In this document: one piece after another, positions 62,201 through 64,000 of the stretch | Position numbering within the stretch: position 1 is the stretch's first letter | How the letters are laid out: each line of letters opens with the position of its first letter | NCBI GenBank assembly: GCA_034520965.1 | Contig: JAXHMY010000003.1 | Location: forward strand, 256,001 to 320,000 | Source of the DNA: Spirochaetia bacterium | Lineage (GTDB): Bacteria; Spirochaetota; Spirochaetia; DSM-16054; Sediminispirochaetaceae | DNA: 64,000 nucleotides | Direction: 5' to 3' | The notes under the pieces: generated by a model | The model's input: only the letters and a program-made list of their open reading frames with translations | Told to the model about the DNA's origin: nothing | Database searches by the model: none | Position numbers and translations under genes: made by a program

Positions 62201-63268
62201 ATGTTAGATAAGCTAGAGGGCATTGCTGAGCGCTACCACGAAGTGGAACAACTCATCTCTGACCCGGATATTATGAAGGATTTGCAGCGTTACAAAGAGC
62301 TGATGCAGGAGCACTCCCAATTGCGGGAGATGGTCGAGGAGTTTGAGAAATACAAGCAAGTAGCCCAAGAGGTCGAGGAAGCTGAGGCATTGATCGGAGA
62401 AGAAGATGACCCGGAGATGCGGGAAATGGCTAAAGAGGAAATTCAATCTTTGGAAGAAAAGCGAGATGCCCTCACCAATCACCTTAAAACTCTTCTCATT
62501 CCCAAGGATCCCCTGGATGGAAAGAATATCATCATGGAAATCAGGGCCGGCACGGGGGGTGAAGAGGCTGCACTGTTTGCAGCCGACCTCTATCGTATGT
62601 ACAGCCGCTTTGCCGAAGAAAATAATTGGAAAATAGAGCTGCTCTCATCCAGTGAAACCGGAATCGGTGGTTTTAAAGAGATATCCATCTCAATTGCCGG
62701 TAAAAATGTGTATGAAAACCTCCGCTATGAGAGTGGAGTCCATCGTGTGCAGCGAGTACCCTCTACCGAGTCCGGAGGCCGCATCCATACCTCCGCAGTA
62801 ACAGTCGCGGTATTGCCTGAGGCCGAGGAAACTGATATCCAGATTAACCAGGAAGACCTTAAGATCGATGTGTTCCGCTCCTCCGGTCCGGGAGGCCAGA
62901 GTGTAAACACTACAGATTCGGCGGTGCGCATCACCCATATTCCCTCCGGTACGGTAGTCACCTGCCAGGATGAAAAATCACAGCACAAAAATAAGGCCAA
63001 GGCGCTGCGGGTACTTCGAGCCCGAATCTATGAAGAAGAAGAGAGCAAACTCCGGGAAGAAAGAGCCGAGAACCGAAAAAATCAGGTAGGATCAGGAGAT
63101 CGGTCCGAGCGTATCCGCACCTATAATTTTCCGCAGAACCGTGTAACCGACCACCGTATAAATCTTACCATTCATAAACTGGATCAGATTATGCAGGGTA
63201 ATTTGAATGAGATTATCGAAAATCTAAAATACTCAGCCCGTCAGGAGTACCTGAAAGAGGTAGAATGA
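62201..63268 (+). CDS. prfA: Peptide chain release factor 1
   Basis: [21 protein letters not shown] (PxT), GPGGQSVN. Confidence 0.97.
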   Translation: MLDKLEGIAERYHEVEQLISDPDIMKDLQRYKELMQEHSQLREMVEEFEKYKQVAQEVEEAEALIGEEDDPEMREMAKEEIQSLEEKRDALTNHLKTLLIPKDPLDGKNIIMEIRAGTGGEEAALFAADLYRMYSRFAEENNWKIELLSSSETGIGGFKEISISIAGKNVYENLRYESGVHRVQRVPSTESGGRIHTSAVTVAVLPEAEETDIQINQEDLKIDVFRSSGPGGQSVNTTDSAVRITHIPSGTVVTCQDEKSQHKNKAKALRVLRARIYEEEESKLREERAENRKNQVGSGDRSERIRTYNFPQNRVTDHRINLTIHKLDQIMQGNLNEIIENLKYSARQEYLKEVE

Positions 63269-64000
63269 CAACTGTACGAGAAGCTTTAGTAGACGGTACA
63301 AAACGGCTGGCTAATGTAGAAACTCCCTTTCTGGATGCTGCGCTGCTTCTGTCTCATGCGTTAGGAATAAGCAAAGAAAAACTCCTAGCCTCATATCCGG
63401 ATACCATCCCTCTGTCTGCGATACACGAATTTAATAATCATGTAACCAAGCGTCTCTCCGGCTATCCGATAAGTTATATCCGCCGGAAGAAGGAGTTTTT
63501 TGGACTTCCCTTTTACGTGGACGAAAGGGTCCTGGTTCCACGTCCCGACACTGAGACACTGGTTGAGGAGGTGCTGAAACACATCAACGGAAAGTCCACG
63601 CGGCAGAAGGAGCTTAAGGTCCTCGATCTCGGCACCGGCACCGGCTGTATTGCAATCACCTTGAAACACCTGCAGCCCCGGCTTCAGCTTACCGCGGCGG
63701 ATATTTCTAAATCTGCTTTAGCTGTCTGCACACTCAACAGTCGCCACCTGTTGACTGAGTCGCTTACTCTGATCGAAAGCAATCTCTTTTCGCATATTGC
63801 GGACACCTTTGATATTATTGTGTCTAATCCGCCCTACCTTACCAGCAGTGAAATAGCTCAGATGCAGGAGAGGCACTGGCCTGAACCAATGACGGCCCTG
63901 GAAGGCGGTCAGGATGGACTTGACACGATCCGTATTCCTATAATGATGAAGCCTATGATCATCTAATAGAGGGAGGGGCCTTGTTTCTTGAAGCCGGTAT
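63265..64000 (+). CDS. prmC: Release factor glutamine methyltransferase (runs off window; probable indel near 63935)
   Basis: [33 protein letters not shown]. Confidence 0.93.

Overview
Chromosomal segment that looks spirochaetal (Spirochaetaceae-like), judged from gene content and 'AGG/C-' signal-peptide substrate-binding proteins; this is inference, not a database result. The backbone is mostly housekeeping: a tryptophanase-family lyase with ridA, hflKC, murE-ddl, dinB, zwf, pncA, sufS, PiT/DUF47, BioY-ECF, argA, trxA, uup, tRNA-Arg(CCG), prfA and prmC. Accessory highlights: (1) an IS110-family (IS1111-type) element at 8243-9730 whose 3' non-coding end folds into a bridge/seek-type RNA, with guide segments that match the reconstructed insertion site TGAGA-CA-GAATAG; (2) two separately inserted copies of a ~144-bp palindrome-rich MITE, each with its own 9-bp TSD, flanking a VapBC-type module; (3) an IS1/IS1595-like element with 21-bp TIRs and a 9-bp TSD; (4) a CHASE2 adenylate cyclase divergent from an exported protein / beta-barrel / FecR / lipoprotein operon; (5) a GC-rich ygcU-R-Q-W-E-like catabolic cluster with a divergent Opp/Dpp-type ABC importer next to the tRNA. 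Many genes appear leaderless. About ten genes carry single-base frameshifts, most likely assembly indels. No CRISPR, rRNA or prophage was seen.
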